Of a stretch of 56,705 bases of DNA, positions 1-12,757 are shown one piece after another. The stretch spans positions 1 to 56,705 of the forward strand of contig DF237528.1 in the NCBI GenBank assembly GCA_000708835.1, in the 5' to 3' direction. How positions within the stretch are numbered: position 1 is the first letter of the stretch; every line of letters begins with the position of its first letter. The DNA is from Klebsormidium nitens. Its lineage: Eukaryota > Plantae > Klebsormidiophyceae. The translations under genes were made by a program, and so were the position numbers. The notes below the pieces were generated by a model. The model ran no database searches. It saw only the letters and a program-made list of their open reading frames with translations, and had not been told where the DNA came from.

Positions 1-112
1 CCCTAAACCCTAAACCCTAAACCCTAAACCCTAAACCCTAAACCCTAAACCCTAAACCCTAAACCCTAAACCCTAAACCCTAAACCCTAAACCCTAAACC
101 CTAAACCCTAAA
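1..112 (-). repeat. Telomeric repeat, Arabidopsis-type (TTTAGGG)16, distal block
   Basis: 16 perfect CCCTAAA units from base 1. Confidence 0.98.
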
Positions 113-200
113 CCCTAAAACCCTAAAACCCTAAAACCCTAAAACCCTAAAACCCTAAAACCCTAAAACCCTAAAACCCTAAAACCCTAAAACCCTAAAA
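113..200 (-). repeat. Telomeric repeat, Chlamydomonas-type (TTTTAGGG)11, proximal block
   Basis: 11 perfect CCCTAAAA units directly after the 7-mer block; a further isolated CCCTAAAACCCT at 259-270. Confidence 0.97.
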
Positions 201-229
201 AGACCTTCTTAACGCCCATGAGAAGCTGG

Positions 230-1500
230 ATCCGAATATGCAACTTTCAACCTCAATACCCTAAAACCCTCACCTTATGTGGAGCGGTTTATTGATCGAT
301 CAAGTGACGTGCATTCTGCAATCATTTTGTGCTTTGCTATTTATTTGACAATATTTCCATGCATGATTTAATGTTTTGATATGAAGTACATATGCATGCC
401 AGAAACATTCAGCTTGTTTATACTTAATTATGATCCGTAGTGGCAGCACGAACCATGCAGGCTAGCCTGCTAGATCTTCAATCCGTGATATGTGAGGCCG
501 TTGTTGTACGTTCTAGCTCTGGCAAGCCTTCTTCAAGCTTAACGATTCCTAGCTCTCCGCGAGTGGTACATCGTACAGGCATGAAACTCAGTTTTAGAGA
601 TTCTTTCAAAAGCTTTTCATGAAGTACGTAACGATAGGATAGTGCGCAGCTTGGTTGCGGGCCCCATGGTTAACTAATGGACTCAGCATGATTGAATGAT
701 CTTCACATCGCGCGGCTCGCCCATGCAATTGTGTGCAAAGTTGGCGGCAAGAATGAAATTAACTTTGCAATTGCATGCCATGCGGATCGGTATACGTACC
801 AACTTATGGCGCATCGGTATACCGTCGTTCCAACTTACTGCGCCACAGGCCACGCTTTGCATGTCGATCAGTGCCACATGCAATATTTCGGCTAGTGCTC
901 AAGCATCTAATAAGTTAGACGGTTCTAGCTTGCATGTGACGGACGGTCTGTACGGTATACATTTCTGCGAAAGCGCCGCGCCGCCGTGGCCCTAGAACTC
1001 GATCCAGCGCCCCATCGAGCGCGCGGCCCCCGCGCCGCCCCCGGCGATTTAGTACATGCCAATCTCTTTTTCCGGGCCCGGGGCTGACTGTAGCTATTGG
1101 GGGGCCCGTGCGACATGCCACATGCAGAGCTCGATGCAGCAAGTCTACGCCAGAACTTAAAAACATCAATTATTACATATTGAATTGTTCTATATAAGCA
1201 AACCATTGATCGAATCGACGTGCTCGATCATTTTGCATGCTAAAGGCGGCGCACTGCCCTCTTCATTCTATACCTGTGATGAATGAATTGTTGCCAGGCT
1301 AGAATAGTAGGTACTCGATCCGGCCCGTGTCATGTAATTTGGCAGGGAAAGTAACCTGCAATGATTCGATCATACTTCCTCAAAAATTGAACAGTGATTC
1401 ATTGAATTGTGTGCCACGGAAGCCTATAGGGTCACTGCCATGTCACTGTGGCTACGGCCCGTTCGAAATGAAGAGATTATCAGGGTACATGTGACCGGCT
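230..1500. other. Subtelomeric palindrome-word-rich non-coding island
   Basis: Dense GATC/CATG/TGCA/GTAC/TACGTA words, perfect palindrome CGGTATACCG at 815-824, no credible ORF; boundaries approximate, judged by eye. Confidence 0.6.
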
Positions 1501-1908
1501 CCTTCAATGAACGACTGGACGGTACTAATTTGCCGCCCGCTCAACGAAGTTTGAGTCAAAAGTCATGGTCATGCAAGATCGGACCAGAGCGACAATTCAG
1601 ACCATCCTTCAAGTTTAGCAAATGTGTCACGGGGTCTCTTAGGGCAAGACCAAGTTCACCGACGAGACTCACATCGCTCCTTGAGAAAGCGGGTAAAACT
1701 ATTAGATCTCTTTGTACACGGCTTTGTCTAATGGACTCGATTCAGTTTTGATTGAGTCATTATTTCTTGCATATCCAAAGTAAGGAGACCGCTTCTTCAA
1801 TCATCAGCGCCTTCACAGCCTTGATAAGGAGCATAAGCCAAAAGTCAGACTTGAACAACCGATGGAGGGGACTTCTCATACAACCGGATTAGTCTGCAGC
1901 ACACGCTA

Positions 1909-4900
1909 CTATGCATGACCGCATTTCTTGAGACAGCGCACCCCTTCCTCCTCGTACTCCTGCTTGCTGATCCAGAACTCGGGCTTGTCCTTCATGATGT
2001 CCGCGAGTACTGCCCCTCCCAAGAACACCATGTGGCGCCGCCGGGGAGGGTCCTCGATCCTCAACCGGAACTTTTTGAGGGCTTCCGTGTTTCCTTTCAG
2101 GACGTGCTGCAATCAGGAACAATGTACTGGGTCAGCGAATGTAGCCTGCTGATGGTGGAGCAGCAGATCATGAGCCGCAATCAACGGCTCTTCAAATCAT
2201 AGACAGAAAGCATCCTTGTCCAGAAAAGGCCGGTTAGCGGCCTGAGACGCCTTGTGCCGGTGCGTCGTTTCCGCCCTCCCCCGCGGCTGTTGGTGGGCGG
2301 TACCTGGAGGTAGCGCGCGCGCAGGTCGGCCTCGAGGCGGGAGGGCAGGCCGGGGTACATGGAGGAGCCGCCGGAGAGCACGATGTGCTGGTAGAGCGGC
2401 ATGCGGTTGTCGATGTCCATCTCCTGGATGCAGCGAAACACCAGCCCCGACAGGCCCTCGCCCTCGCAGTCCACCAGCTCCGGCCGGAACAGCGCCTCCG
2501 CCGCCTGGAACCGCTCCGCGCCCACCGAGATCACGCGCCCGTCCGGCAGCTGCGAGCAGACGCGGGGCGTTTCTCAAAGGTGCCAGTCAAGGAAGTGCTT
2601 CACGCGTAGTCTCAAGGACAGCGATGCTCAACAGCTGCGGTTATCCACGTCTCATCTTCAACTTTCACTGAGCGGGCACCCATGAGACAACCAAGACGAG
2701 ACTGTTCCCACTGCAAGGTAGGTATGGCCCACGCAGGGCTGTCTGGGGGCCTCACGGTGTAGTTCTTGACCAGGATGGTCGTCTCCTGCGCCAGCCGCAT
2801 CTCGCGCGCGTAGTCCGCACTGCAGCGCCAGGCACACCCACACCACGAGTCAGGCCCAGCAGCGTCCTCCGCAGCAGGCTTCAGCACCGCAGCAGGAAAG
2901 GCCGTACAGTCACAGGCCCCACCGGACAATACACCGGGCAGGGGGCCCCACGGATCCGGCCTGCCACAGTGGGGCACTTCGCCCTGGCTTCCTGGAACCA
3001 TGCAGCAGTGCAGGGCTGGGCGGGCGCGAGGGACTCACCTGACGTAGCAAAGCTGCTCTTTGATCTCGCGCACCGTCTCAAAATCGGCGGTGCGGTTGAA
3101 GGCATACCTGCCGAACAGGAAGAGTGACCCGTCAGGCCTGCCGCAGTGCATCGTCTAGTGTTCCCCATTCGACTTGCAAGAACACGGACATCGATTGCCC
3201 CAGCACAGCCAGTGCGATCTCACTGCCACATGCAAGCATGCCCACGCGGTGCGCGGGCGGGCGGGCTGTGCTGCTGGGGCAGGGCAGGGTGCTGACCCGC
3301 GGCGGGAGAGGAGGTCGATGAGGTGCGCCGTGATGTGGCGGCCGGCGACGTTCATCCGCTTGGTCAGGTGCGGGAATGCAAAGCCGTCCACCACCGGCAC
3401 CTGCAGCGACGCGCGCAGTCAGGGCACGGCGCAAGGGGGGCGCGCAACAGGGGGACGTGCCAGGCAGTACACACGCAGACCAGCACGGGGCAAGAGCCTG
3501 CACTTGGCACATCCTGCCACATTAGCGGTCCTTTTGTTCTTTCTGACCGGGGAGCAACGGCGGGGGCCCTCACCACGTGCGTGACCCCATCCCCGGAGTC
3601 CACCACCAGCCCCGTGAGCAGGCCTGCACAGCCAAGAGCGCACCGCCTCAGGTGGCCATGGGCGGGGGCGCAGTGCGGTCACAGCAGAGCAGCAGGGAAG
3701 AAAGCGCGACGTCAGGCGACAACTGAAGGCAGACAAGGGGGCAGCATGCACCGGAGCCAGCGCAAGGAGGAAGGGGCCTGCCCGCCCTGGTGGCAGCGAT
3801 GGGGGCGAGGAGTGTTACCCTGGGCGTAGAGCGTGAGGACGGCCTGGATCTGGATGAAGGCGCCAGCGAAGCCATACTTCTCAAACATGGTCTCTATCTG
3901 CAGCAACATGTGACCAAAGGGCACACTCTCAGTCAGTCCCACCAGGGCCGTCAGAATCTGGTGGCCAGGCAGGGGCAAGAACCCAGATCTCTATACGATT
4001 GCATTAAAGAAGCGAATGCTTGTAATGCTTCTCGGTCAGACTACACACAACATTCCGGCTAGAAATTTCCCGGGCTGGCCCGCAGCAGGGGCGCGCTCAC
4101 CATCTTCTCGCGGTTCTTGCTGGGGTTGAGGGGCGGGTCGGTGAGCAGGATGCGGCACTCGGAGGGGTCGATGCGCAGCTTGTCGTAGAAGGTGTGGTCC
4201 CAGATGTGGCCCATGTCCTCCCAGCTCTGCACAATGCCGTTCTGCACCGGGTAGCTCACCTCCAGCTGGGCACGCAGCGCGCTCGCACGCGCGCCCACCA
4301 CCACGTCCTGCACCACCGCCGCACTGCGGCTCAGAAGAGGGGTGGAGCAGCGCATATGCCAGGGAGCTAGGAATAGCTGCGGCAGAGCTCCAATGGGCAT
4401 TGGGACTGCTCCCAAAGAAGCATGAGCTTCAAGAGAATTGTGCCCACCATTCCTGGTCACAACCAAGATTACTAGGAAAGACTTTGGGGCGAAGCGCCTC
4501 ACCTCGAGGGCCTCTTGCCCCTGGGCTTCCTCATACCGCAGGATGGGGCGCCCCACCACACAAGGGAAGACAGCGCTGGGGAAGTTGTTGCCCGCAAAGC
4601 CACATTTGACGAACTGCAAAGGAGGCGGGCGCAAACATTTGTGACCACGTGTGAAGGTATGACTGGCATTTAACACTCCACCTGCAAAAGTTCTGGAACT
4701 TCACGGTTCTTCAATCAAAGAAGCCCCAACTACAGGGGCCTTTGGGGAACAGTTTGCTGGACAAAGAAGTGCACGAGGGCCACTGATTTACCGACATGAT
4801 TCCACGTGCTCTTTAAAGAGGCCTCCGCATGATTGAAGTTTTACCCCATGTCTTCCAGGTGCAGTATGAGCGTTGCCCCCAGTCATTTCACAATGAAGGA

Positions 4901-4982
4901 CAACATCTCGTAGCCCCGCTGTTTTGGGTGTGCTCACCCCGGTGCCATTGTCACACACCACCACCTTGTTGCGCTCCGCCAT
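1909..4982 (-). CDS. ARP2: Actin-related protein 2 (ARP2/3 complex), 10 exons, 390 aa
   Basis: Exons 4938-4982, 4503-4613, 4101-4307, 3819-3897, 3574-3623, 3297-3400, 3039-3107, 2756-2819, 2304-2549, 1909-2106; all GT-AG and in phase. Motifs [67 protein letters not shown]. Confidence 0.97.
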
Positions 4983-5792
4983 GCCCCCTGCCAGTGGCCA
5001 GGGGCGGCAGCAGCAGGCAATCGCACAGCACTGCAGACAGCGGGGAAGGATTTCTAGAACTTTTGGTAACAAGCTGACATGTCCACAAAGAGGTTCCCTG
5101 TTTTATCGGCCTGCATGCATTCTAGTGCGAACACGGCCATTTGTTACAAGCACGTGATAAGAGCAAGACGAATGGGTACGTCAAGGCACACCTTGTCAAC
5201 GGAGTTTGTCCTGTGGGCAGGGATCCCCTCAGAGCTGCCCCGCCCCAGCACGAAGGTTGAGTCTTTCAATGTCGCCTCCCTACTCAGCAGGCACAAATTC
5301 CAGAGTCCTTCTGTTGGTGCTTGGCATCGCCAACTATGAACCGCTCACATTATCCACCAAGAGACATTTTGATGGCGCACCCGACGCTTGTGCGATTGTA
5401 TCATGTACACTTGCCAGAGGAGATGGTCAATGCTTATTATTGCACAAACAAGTTGACTCCTCTGCATCAATAGGCCAACTGGCTTCGGGGCTGGCTGAAT
5501 GCCACACTAGCTTCCTTTTAAAACCTCTTCCAGCTAGGGCGCCAAGCCGTCCCTGTTTTCTGAGGTACGAGCCACCACTGGCTCCAGAGTCCAATGTATG
5601 GGAATTCCCTTCTTCACGAATTTTCGGCGACCGCCAGCACCTGCGAAGCTCTCAGTATATCCACAGGTGATTGATCTCTGTCGCCCCAAAGTTCTACATT
5701 TGCAGCGCTTTCTTCCAGTCGAGTCGTCAGTCCAAAGATCAGACCCCAATTGAATCGAGAGCGCTCCCAGTTGCTGCTGCTCCTCTGGCCCG

Positions 5793-7975
5793 ATGGTGTG
5801 CTCTCAGGTCGTCTCCCCTTCTGTTCTCTGCTCTTTGGGGCATTCATTGTACCACCCCACTCCTGGCTGTGCACGTGTTGCCCCTGCGGCCTGCCCTAGT
5901 TTCCCAAATGCATTTTTAGGGGTGCTCACATGGCAGGGTCTGGACCCCCACCGACTGCAGCTTGGGCCGGGGGGGCCCTTGGGCGGCAGTGCCATGCGGC
6001 ATGAGCGGATGGGGCCTCCAGGGTGCTCACAGCGATCGGTGCGGGCAGAGGCTGGAGCGGGGGCAGCGGACATGCCGGCCGAGGGCGGAGGAGCCAGTCC
6101 TTTGAAGGCGGTGGCCAGTCCGAGCGGAGCTGCGCCCGCCGTGGAGGCTGGCAGCAGGGCCGGGAAGCGGGGGCGCGGGGGGGCGCGGTCCAAGGAGAAG
6201 CGACGGTTGGTGCTGCTGCGGCACGCCAAGAGCTCCTTTGCGGACCTTACCTTGCGAGGTAGGGGCTGCAGCAATCGTTGAATGCAGAAGGTCCTCGCTC
6301 AGGGAGGCATGCAATGCAGGCACTGCGCACTGTGTTCTTGACGCTGCTGTGCAATCAGAGGGATCAGTTTGTCGTGCATGCTCTTTGTGGTCCCTGTATC
6401 GTTGTGTCTGCATGACTTATCCGTGCTGCGGCTGCTCGTGTGTGCCTGTCCAGACCACGAGCGGCCGCTGGACGAGGCAGGTCGGGCATCTGCGCGCGAA
6501 GTGGCGGCGAAGCTGAAGACTGCGGGCTGGCTGCCCAAGCTGGTGCTCTGCAGGTGCGCACTTACTGCCAGTGTAGTGCTGTCACAACTGTGTCCCACAC
6601 ACCCGTCTCCTGTGTTTGTGACGGGACTGCCGGTGACTCTGCTCTAGACGGCTGCAATGCCACTTTTAGTCAAATGTCGAGTGGCGCATGAGCAAGCTGG
6701 ATTGGAATTGAAAACGTGTTGACAGCATGCAGCCCCCGGCTTCTTGGTTGTGGACCTACTGATGCTGCCTGTCTGGTTTGGAATGCAGTGACAGCCTGCG
6801 CACGCGCGAGACGCTGGCGGTGATGCAGAGCGAGGTGGGCGAGCTGGCAGAGGCGGAGACGCGCTTCTTGGGCAGCTACTACACCAAGAGCCAGCTGGAC
6901 GGCCAGACCGCGCAGCACCTGCGCGAGACCATCTGCAAGTACGCCGCCGACGCGCTTGCCACCGTCATGTGAGCACCCCTGACACCCCCATTGCTGGCCG
7001 GCCAGGCCACTGGCGGCACCAGCTTTGCTTGTGGCTTTTTGAGGGGGGGCGGGCAGTGTGGCAAAACGGACAAAGTAACCGAACTTTTTCCGAACCGTAT
7101 GACTGTCGACGCCAGAGCCACCAGCAATACGAGCAACCGAGTGACTTTTGGTGGGGTTAGGTCGGGGGGTTAGGGTGGGTGGGGGTAGGTTGCCGGTGGA
7201 ACGCCTTAGGGTGTGGGTTAGGTCTCGCGTCAATGTAGCTTAGGTTTTAGTGTTTGCTGGCATTCCCGGGAGCTAATTTGCCTGGGGGGATATACGTACC
7301 GTGAAGTATGTACCATCTAGCGCATTGAGCGTGCGAAGTTTCCCGCGGTAACTACCGCGTGCGCCGACGTTTCATCGTTTCGGAAAAAGTTCGGCTACTA
7401 TGTGCCTCTTGCGGCAGTGTGCCCCCTGCCAGATCCTGTCCAGCTTGGGGGCATCAGCTGTAGCCTATATCATTTCCTTGCTTCCCAGTGTGGGGTCTCT
7501 CAAGTAGTGTCAGAAAAGTTGCTGCTTCGGAACTTTTGCGTCGCCCATCTCTCCCTGCTATGCACAGACAACGTGCCTGCCGTTACATGACGGCTTGGGC
7601 TGACAGCCGGCTGCGTGCGCAGGTGTATGGGCCACAACCGGGGGTGGGAAGAGGCTGCCAGTGACTTCACGGGGCTGCAGCTCGAGTTGAAGACCGCAAA
7701 CGCTGCACTGCTAGAAACGACAGGGGACTCGTGGGAGGATGTAAGCCCCTCGAGTCCTTGTGTTGGTCCTGGCAGAAGCCACACTCCCAGGCCACTTGGT
7801 GTGCTAGGGTGCGAAGTTGGTCGTCATTTTCTCAGAGGCTACTTGTGGCGGACCAACAAGACGTCTTCTTTGCTGGTTTGACCCAGGTCTGCTTGTGTGG
7901 ATGCAGGCTTTCGAACACGCCCACAAAGGCGGCTGGAAACTGTGCGGCCTGCTCACACCGGACCCCGCAGGGTAG
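5793..7975 (+). CDS. SixA-like histidine phosphatase (At3g52155-like, probably organelle-targeted); start codon uncertain
   Basis: Exons 5793?-6258, 6454-6553, 6789-6968, 7623-7740, 7907-7975. LVLLRHAKS, DHERPL, SDSLRTRET, CMGHNRGWEEAAS, LKTANAALL, GGWKL. Confidence 0.88.
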
Positions 7976-8689
7976 CCAGCTCAGCCAGGACCGGCGGGCC
8001 AAACGTTGGGAGGTCAATGCCTTGTGTGGCGCATGTGGTCACAAAGGCAAGTGGCTGGTTTATTGAGTTGCTCCATAAGATTTTCTGCAACTGTATATAA
8101 CTATTCCAGATGCACGAGGGGCATAGGCGTGCTTCGATTAAGCAAGGTGCGTTTCTCATTGCCAAGGAGGTCCACTAAAGTGGGGACTGTTGGTTTTGCA
8201 ATCTTTTGGCATGTCAATCTGCATACATCTTTGTTTTTGCCAAAGTCGCAATACTGATCTTAAAAGATGTTCGGGGGACGATTGGACTCCTTTGCATACA
8301 CCGTCCAACATTTTCAATCAACAATGATGCGCTCTCTGAAAAATCGTGGAAAAACTCGAGCAGAGCAAGTTAAAATCTGCGGTCTGGCAGATTACCAACC
8401 AATGGAGTCAGGATACCCCTGTGAAAGATAAAGCTATGGTCACGTTGAATTATCCATACATGCGGCACCATGAGCATGCAGTGCTGATTAAGCCACCATG
8501 CGTTCTGTATAAAGGGGTGCCGGGCTGCCCAGAGCACATGCAGTGCGTATTGGCGGATCAAGCAACCGACCGTAGGCCAGTAAAATTGAACTTGACTCAA
8601 AAATCGAAACTTGTTGGAAATTGGATCGATCGATGGCGAGCGACCACTGACGAGAACGGGTAGAGGCATGCAACTTTTGAGTGTACATA

Positions 8690-9450
8690 TACTTAAGAAT
8701 GACTCATCCGCATCGAATGCATGTGGGGCACTATAATTATGTTAACACATGTATATTGAATTGTGAATTAATATAATGTACACTCCAATCCTACGCGTAC
8801 GTCGCGTATACGTCCATACAGTACGTGACCGTACTAAGCTATATCGTAAATTAAAAACATGCAGATTGCATGCATGCGCTTATATGATTAGCGCTTTAAG
8901 CATATATGTGCATGTACGTGCATCCCGGCCAAAGGTTTGCACGCGTATATATTGCATGCATGACGTGAAGTCATCCGCGCACCACGCGACGGTTATAGTA
9001 TACGATGGTCACCTATAGTAATGATACATTGTTGCTTTTGATTTCAACCAGAGCGCGCGGCTGATGCATTGAGGTACGCTCACCGCGGCGCACAGCTCAG
9101 CCTACGAAGGCAAGTCTACTAAGTGAGTGGCTGTGGCGGTGGCGACTCGATCACACGTACTGAGAACTGAGTGGACAGCGGTAGCTTAAGTTAGCAAGGA
9201 TCCCACCCTGTCAAGCTCCTAGCTGGAAACGAAACCATCTTACGACTAAGTTCGACGTTCGTCTTGACTTGATTGCGAGCTAACGGGGGCAGACCCTGTG
9301 AAATTCGCAGGGATACCGCTGCATCGTCAACTCGCCAGAGCTGTATGTCTGTATTCAACATAGTCTAGTATAAGGATCCGAACGTCTAGCCTAGAGATGT
9401 TCCAGTCCAACGTTAATGCATTGACTTTGATTGATTTGAAGGGACACTGA
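8690..9450. other. Palindrome-word-rich island between convergent SixA and RING-CH1 genes
   Basis: e.g. TACGCGTACGTCGCGTATACG, TGCATGCATGC; no credible ORF; approximate limits. Confidence 0.6.
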
Positions 9451-9775
9451 ATCAATGCCCCGTTCAGAACTTGGACAAGAAAGCAATGCGCCCTCTTCTA
9501 TTTGTGATCTCAGCTAGTCTTTACACCTGCATATCCCTACCCCTTACATTGAGGCGTATAACTACAATAGCTCATCCTTTTCAGGTGTGCGGGACACGTC
9601 GCTTGTCCCGCCTCTAAAATTCGCAGTTTGGAGAAACTTCGCAACAGGCAGCTCCCCAGACCTTTCGAGTTATTGTACATAATATTAGCCGGCCTTCCCT
9701 TCGTTTGCCCTCCAGTCGCTCCTTTGTGCCCCCTGATCTCGCGGTGCCCTTGTGAGCGGCAGCAGCCGTTGAGTG

Positions 9776-11339
9776 TCAGACGTTGTGCACGCTGGTGATG
9801 GGCGAGCGCGGCGACGTGGGCGAGCTGAAGGGCACCAGCACCGGGATCAGGTTCGCCTTGCGCCACCGCTGCGACACCTGCCAGCCAGCCACACACAACA
9901 GAGAGGGGCCGTCAGGGACACCGCTGACAGACATTGGAGGGCAGCGCGACTGAGGCCACGTGGGGAACAAAGAGCACCTCCAATCGAACCTCGGCCGTGA
10001 TCTCTGGTGAATCGTCATCCTAGCGCCAGCAGCAGCGGGCTTGCATGAGCCCGCGAGTGCGGGTGCCGGGAGCCGCACCTTGGCGAGGGTGAAGATGCCG
10101 AGCGCGAGCACGGTGATGCCCATGCCCAGACTGATGTAGAATGCCACCCCACCCACGCCGGCCTGCAGCGCCACACACAAATTGCGTGTCAGAAGACGGA
10201 CCAGCCTGCAGACCAGCTCTTGCCGACATGCTGTGCAAGCAGGAGAAACGGACTCCCAGCCGGATGGGGACCTGACGATGCTGTCACATCAACAGACGCA
10301 TCGCGCATGGTCGAGCCCTGCGACACACTGAGCTTTGGCGGATGCAAAGGCCGTTTGCTTCTGTGTGCAAACTAGCAGAGCATGGCGGGTGTGGTGCGGC
10401 GCTGACCTGGTCCTGCGAGTAGGCAAAGAGGTAGAAGAGCGCAACCATGGCGGCCAGCGTAACTAGGATGGTGGCAAACTCGGCGTAGAAGCCCAGGGAG
10501 GCGCAGCTGCAGAGCGCGTCCAGCGTGAGGTTGAGGCGCTCGCGCACGTGCAGGCGGTACGGCGCCTTGCACACCTCGCAGCTCAGCGCGGCCGCGTCCG
10601 GGACAGCAGGGTCCGCGCGCCGCCGCTCCAGCCACTGCTGCAGGCACCGCAGGTGCACGCGCGCCATGCTGCCGCCGCACAGGCACGGCCTGGGGGGGGA
10701 GAGAACGCAGAGAACGGGTCGGGGGGGGTACGGGAGAGAACGGGGCAAGGACTGGCATACTGATAAGAACCAACAGGCGATTGGTGTCAGAATGTTGACC
10801 GAATTCCTCATAAAGTTCCTACTTTGAGGCCCATGGATAACGTCCAAAAGAAGAATTCGAATAGCAAGAAACGCTTCATATTATAGGAGAGCTCGTTCTG
10901 ATGCTCGTTTTGGACTTCTCGCGCACCTGATCATCCGCTCCCCGCCCTCCCTCCCCTCCTTGCATATCCTGCACTCCTCCATCTCTATGCTCCCCTGCCG
11001 ACTGAGCGACGTCCTCTTGGTGGGGCTGCCCACCCCCCCCAGGCCTCCCCCCGCTGTCATGGGGGCCATGCTGGGCGCGCCTTGCCACCCCTGGCCAGTG
11101 CCGCCATGGCCGTCGCTGGCGCGGTGCGTGCGGATGGGCCGCAGGAGGGGCTGCTGCAGCACGAGCTCCCCCGCGGAGGGGGTGTGGCCGCGCAGCGCCC
11201 CGCTGAAGGTGACCGCGCGCGCAAGCGCCCCCGCCTTGGGGAGGCCCTCCTCCAGGCTGGCCTCGCTCGGCCAGTCAGGGCCCACCGTGTGGGCGTGCGC
11301 TATGCGGGGGGGCTCCAGCCGCCCACCTCCGCTGGCCAT
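9776..11339 (-). CDS. RING-CH (MARCH-type) membrane E3 ubiquitin ligase, paralog 1, about 293 aa (a 5' exon may lie in or beyond the gap)
   Basis: Exons 10927-11339, 10407-10689, 10079-10162, 9776-9877. CRIC..PCLCGGSMARVHLRCLQQW..CEVC (C4HC3) followed by two hydrophobic helices. Confidence 0.88.
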
Positions 11340-11493
11340 CTGTAAGGCAGGCAGGAAGGGGTGGGGGAGTCAGGCAGAGAGGGGCGGTGGGAAGGGAGAA
11401 TGGGCGGGTGCCTGGGGCGGGCCATCAATGGCCTCCTTAAGGTGCGCAGCGCGGAGGCCTGTTGGCAGAAGGCCTGCCATCTTGAGAGAATTT

Positions 11494-11876
11494 NNNNNNN
11501 NNNNNNNNNNNNNNNNNNNNNNNNNNNNNNNNNNNNNNNNNNNNNNNNNNNNNNNNNNNNNNNNNNNNNNNNNNNNNNNNNNNNNNNNNNNNNNNNNNNN
11601 NNNNNNNNNNNNNNNNNNNNNNNNNNNNNNNNNNNNNNNNNNNNNNNNNNNNNNNNNNNNNNNNNNNNNNNNNNNNNNNNNNNNNNNNNNNNNNNNNNNN
11701 NNNNNNNNNNNNNNNNNNNNNNNNNNNNNNNNNNNNNNNNNNNNNNNNNNNNNNNNNNNNNNNNNNNNNNNNNNNNNNNNNNNNNNNNNNNNNNNNNNNN
11801 NNNNNNNNNNNNNNNNNNNNNNNNNNNNNNNNNNNNNNNNNNNNNNNNNNNNNNNNNNNNNNNNNNNNNNNNNNNN
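11494..11876. other. Assembly gap (N run)
   Basis: 383 N. Confidence 0.99.
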
Positions 11877-12757
11877 AGAGAGCCGCAGGAACCCTCATTT
11901 TAGGGGCAAGACAACTTTGGTGTTCAACCTTGCTTGAGGAGTTACTTTCAGTGGTCATGCTGTCGTATCATGAATACAAAGAAACTGGTGGGAAAGAGTG
12001 CCCCAGCATAAGTGCATTATGTTTGCCAGCCCCTCTCTGACACTTTGAGGAACAACATGCAACACACCAATGGGCCATTATTAGTCCAGGTCGTGCGGGC
12101 CAGTCACTAGGGGCGTGGGTCTCACATGCTCGCCAACGCCAGAGTCCTCGTCAAGACCTTCTCTGCGGGGCCAGGGCAAGCTTCTCCTGCTTGCCTCTAT
12201 GATTAGCAAAGCTTTCCTTCCATGCCCTTTTCTGACCTAGTTTTCTTATATGTAGAGGGGAACTCTTCATGCAGTGGGACGTCTCCTGCCTTTCGAAAGC
12301 AATGTGGATTGTTCACTGGACAGGATTAGCAACCAAAGGCATCATGGTCTTATTAGGCGCTCCTTTTCGACCTCACTAGAGACGACAAGTGCACCAATCT
12401 CCGCCAACAAAGACGCAGCATAGACCTCTTATGATTCTAGGTAAGTTCAGCCTTCAGGCGTGTGCGTCCACAACATTATCCAGTGTCAATCTTACTGTCC
12501 CCAGCGCACGGGGTTCGGCTTGACACTCGCACTTCACGTAAGTTCCGATCGTAGAAAACGTTGACCCAAGATCCTTGAATCAACGCATGAATGAAGAGCT
12601 CTAGCCTCTAGCCCAGCTTCATGCTCACTGCTCAGGCTCTCGTTCTCGAATGCAGCTATACACGGTCTCTCCTCTTTGCTTTCAGAGGAAGGCCTTGGGC
12701 GGGTTGTGCCGCGCCGTTTCTGCTGTGCCTGTTGCCTCTATGTGACGTGGTGCTGCA

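Noticed and set aside
8346-8663. 105-aa GTG-start ORF downstream of the SixA-like gene
   Set aside because: No recognisable motif, in-frame stop just upstream, codon style unlike the GC-rich exons; probably chance, though not excluded.
10960-11958. Long ORFs of 325, 180 and 173 aa
   Set aside because: Artefacts of translating through the N gap and antisense to RING-CH1.
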